A stretch of 63,084 bases of DNA, filler included, from Octopus bimaculoides (lineage: Eukaryota): assembly GCF_001194135.2 (NCBI RefSeq). It is 8 parts of 8 records of this genome, joined end to end, with 100 filler letters (N's around TTAATTAATTAA, not from the genome) between each part and the next. Parts side by side here need not be neighbours in the genome. Positions count along the whole stretch, not along the records: positions 58,784 to 61,720 come from NW_026312048.1; positions 61,821 to 63,084 come from NC_069005.1; 6 more parts are not named here. One strand, 5' to 3'. Under the pieces are notes generated by a model. That model was not told the DNA's origin. It was given only the letters and a program-made list of their open reading frames with translations, and did no database searches. Of this stretch, positions 60,748 to 63,084 are shown piece after piece. The position numbers and the translations under genes are program-made. The number at the start of each line of letters is the position of its first letter. Positions within the stretch are counted from its first letter, which is position 1.

Positions 60748-61338
60748 CTTGTGTCTGCGTTTGTTCCCATTCTACCACTTGGAAACCAGTGTTGGTGTGT
60801 TTATGTTCCCGTAACTTAGTGATTCGGCAAAAGAGACCGGTAGAATAAGTACCACAATTAAATAACACAAAAAGTACTGGGGTTGATTTATTCAATTAAA
60901 ACTCCTTCAAGATGGAGCATCCTAATGTCTGAAACAAGTAATAGATAAAACACACACACACACAAGTTCAGAGACAAAAACACAATATCCCACGAGCACG
61001 TATAGACAATAAAATCATACAATTGTAAATATACGAGTATATTGCGGGTAGATTAAGAGTGGAAGAATAATAATTACTATAAAATATCGGATGGAGGATT
61101 AGATGCCATAAAAAGTGGGAAGAATGGCTTCCCGACATCCGGTGCTCTCGATATATACCTAGGAGTCTCAAAGAACAAAGCAGATGAGATATTTAAACAA
61201 CAAGTACCTGGGTACGTTGGCCGGGTAATTAAATGGATTGATCCCGAGCACGAGTGCATTATTGCATCTCATTGTATCTGTTCAGTTGTGTGTGCGTATG
61301 CACTAGTGTGCGTCCCTGTCTCTGTGTGTTGCGTGTGC

Positions 61339-61383
<45 letters not shown>

Positions 61384-61482
61384 AGCACGCATCTAATATA
61401 TAACCTATGTATATCTAGGTAGTCAGTAGACACAATATATATATATACTGAGAGAGAGANNNNNNNNNNGTGTTGCGTGTGC

Positions 61483-61530
<48 letters not shown>

Positions 61531-61680
61531 TATATTTATTTATATATGTACACACACATGCGCATACATATGTGTATATATACATCTCTGTATGTGTATA
61601 TATATATTATATAGATATACACACATATATACATATATACATAGATACATATATTCATGCATATATAGATAGTTACATAG

Positions 61681-61720
<40 letters not shown>

Positions 61721-62636
61721 NNNNNNNNNNNNNNNNNNNNNNNNNNNNNNNNNNNNNNNNNNNNTTAATTAATTAANNNNNNNNNNNNNNNNNNNNNNNN
61801 NNNNNNNNNNNNNNNNNNNNAAAAGAAAAAAACACGAGACGGTCAAGGCCGGAATGTATCTATCTACTCATTTCGAGCATTCAACGACAATATGAGTCTT
61901 CGAAGACAGTTACTCCAATAAATGCCAAAAATAAAATTTTGGAATTATGGAGGGTCAAAGTTGGGAACAAAACAGTGGAGACATGCAAGGAAACCAAAAA
62001 AAAAACAAAAAAAAAAAACATGGATGGTCGTTAGACCAAAACGAGGGGAAAATAGCGAACGCTGGGAGAAATATTTTCTTTGGAAAGAGAAAAGATAGAA
62101 GACATCCAGTTCGGCAAAATACACCAATGGAAATAAGTAGCCGCTCGACTAAAGCTCTTCAAGGCGGTGTCCCAACATTGCAGTAATCTAATGACAGCAA
62201 CAAGTAAAAGAAAATATGTAAATTATTTACAGTTTAGACAGGATTTTTTGTAATGTTGTTTATACAAATGTAGAAATAAAAGGATGTATTGTTTCGGGTG
62301 TGTCGTTTAATGTTAAAATCAATGTGTAAGAAAATAGTACTGCGGGTATAAGTAACTCAGTATAAACTGTCGCACTGACGGACTGTCGGCAACTAAATAT
62401 GCTAGGAGGGTTTTTGTTTAGACATTTCTGTAGAAGGCAAGCTGTATGTAATACCTGCAACTTCGCTTGCATCTAATGATGCAGACTAGTTCTTTTTTGA
62501 GAAATACATACGTTGTTTAGAGAGTGGGATTGGCTCTGTGCAAGACGTTTCCTGGAGCTTTCTAATGTAAGGGAACTTTTGAAAGCTTCAGGCACAGGCT
62601 TGGTTTGATTTTTAATTATTTTGCTTGCATACTTAA

Positions 62637-62912
62637 CCCATTACCTCCCATAATTCTATTAACTGGAATTTTTTTTTTATAAAACTTTAATTTCTAGCAT
62701 AAAACAGCCTTAGAAACACGCTGGAATGATCAAAATAACATTTTAAATAGAAATAAGCGAGATATTGGGTGAAAAATTAGCAAACCTCATTTGAATATCA
62801 GAGAAATATACTTAGTAGATATAGCAAAAAGGTTAGATATGTGTAAATATTGACAGATAATTACGAAATTTGTAATTTTTAAGTGATCTCATATGAGATC
62901 AATGGTAATGGG
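62637..62912. mobile_element. piggyBac-like MITE
   Basis: TTAA|CCCATTACC ... GGTAATGGG|TTAA. Confidence 0.75.
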
Positions 62913-63084
62913 TTAAAGACAGTTCGCACCCGAAAAATCCGAAACACTCAATGGAAAATTCTATGAAGAAATGGAGTGTCAGCGTGGATGGTAAGCTCTC
63001 TGAACAGCTACTGCAAAAGGAACACATTGTTGTCATATCTGTGCAAAATTGTGTAGATTTCTAGCAGAAATGAAAATCACATTC

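Overview
AT-rich animal genomic scaffold, saturated with microsatellites and TEs, with many N gaps. Seven gaps are artificial 100-bp joins (44 N + TTAATTAATTAA + 44 N), so adjacency across them is not guaranteed. The tandem KRAB-less C2H2 cluster, repeat spectrum and TTAGGG motifs suggest a coleoid cephalopod, probably Octopus (inference). The first 17 kb hold three paralogous minus-strand C2H2 zinc-finger genes (14-16, 15 and 14 fingers), each with one coding exon. They share a duplicated unit of upstream block/donor, intron, acceptor, UTR and ATG, and a fourth upstream block has no coding exon. The remaining 46 kb contain no confident host CDS. They hold decayed mariner/Tc1/maT, piggyBac-like and Helentron/Helitron-like elements, R4/Dong-type, Tx1/L1 and CR1-like LINE fragments, a Penelope-like element split by a mariner, and several SINE families. 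Most interesting: (1) three minimal type I hammerhead-ribozyme motifs in Penelope-style direct or inverted repeats; (2) two foldback MITEs with 8-9 bp TSDs carrying telomeric TTAGGG repeats, next to the ZNF upstream blocks; (3) signs of microsatellite-targeted retrotransposition, (TAA)n for R4/Dong and (CTAT)n for Tx1, with a SINE sharing the putative Tx1 tail; (4) structural evolution of the ZNF paralogs; (5) an E2F/NRF1/G4 promoter-like island at about 31.1 kb. No rRNA, bona fide tRNA or CRISPR seen. No searches were run.
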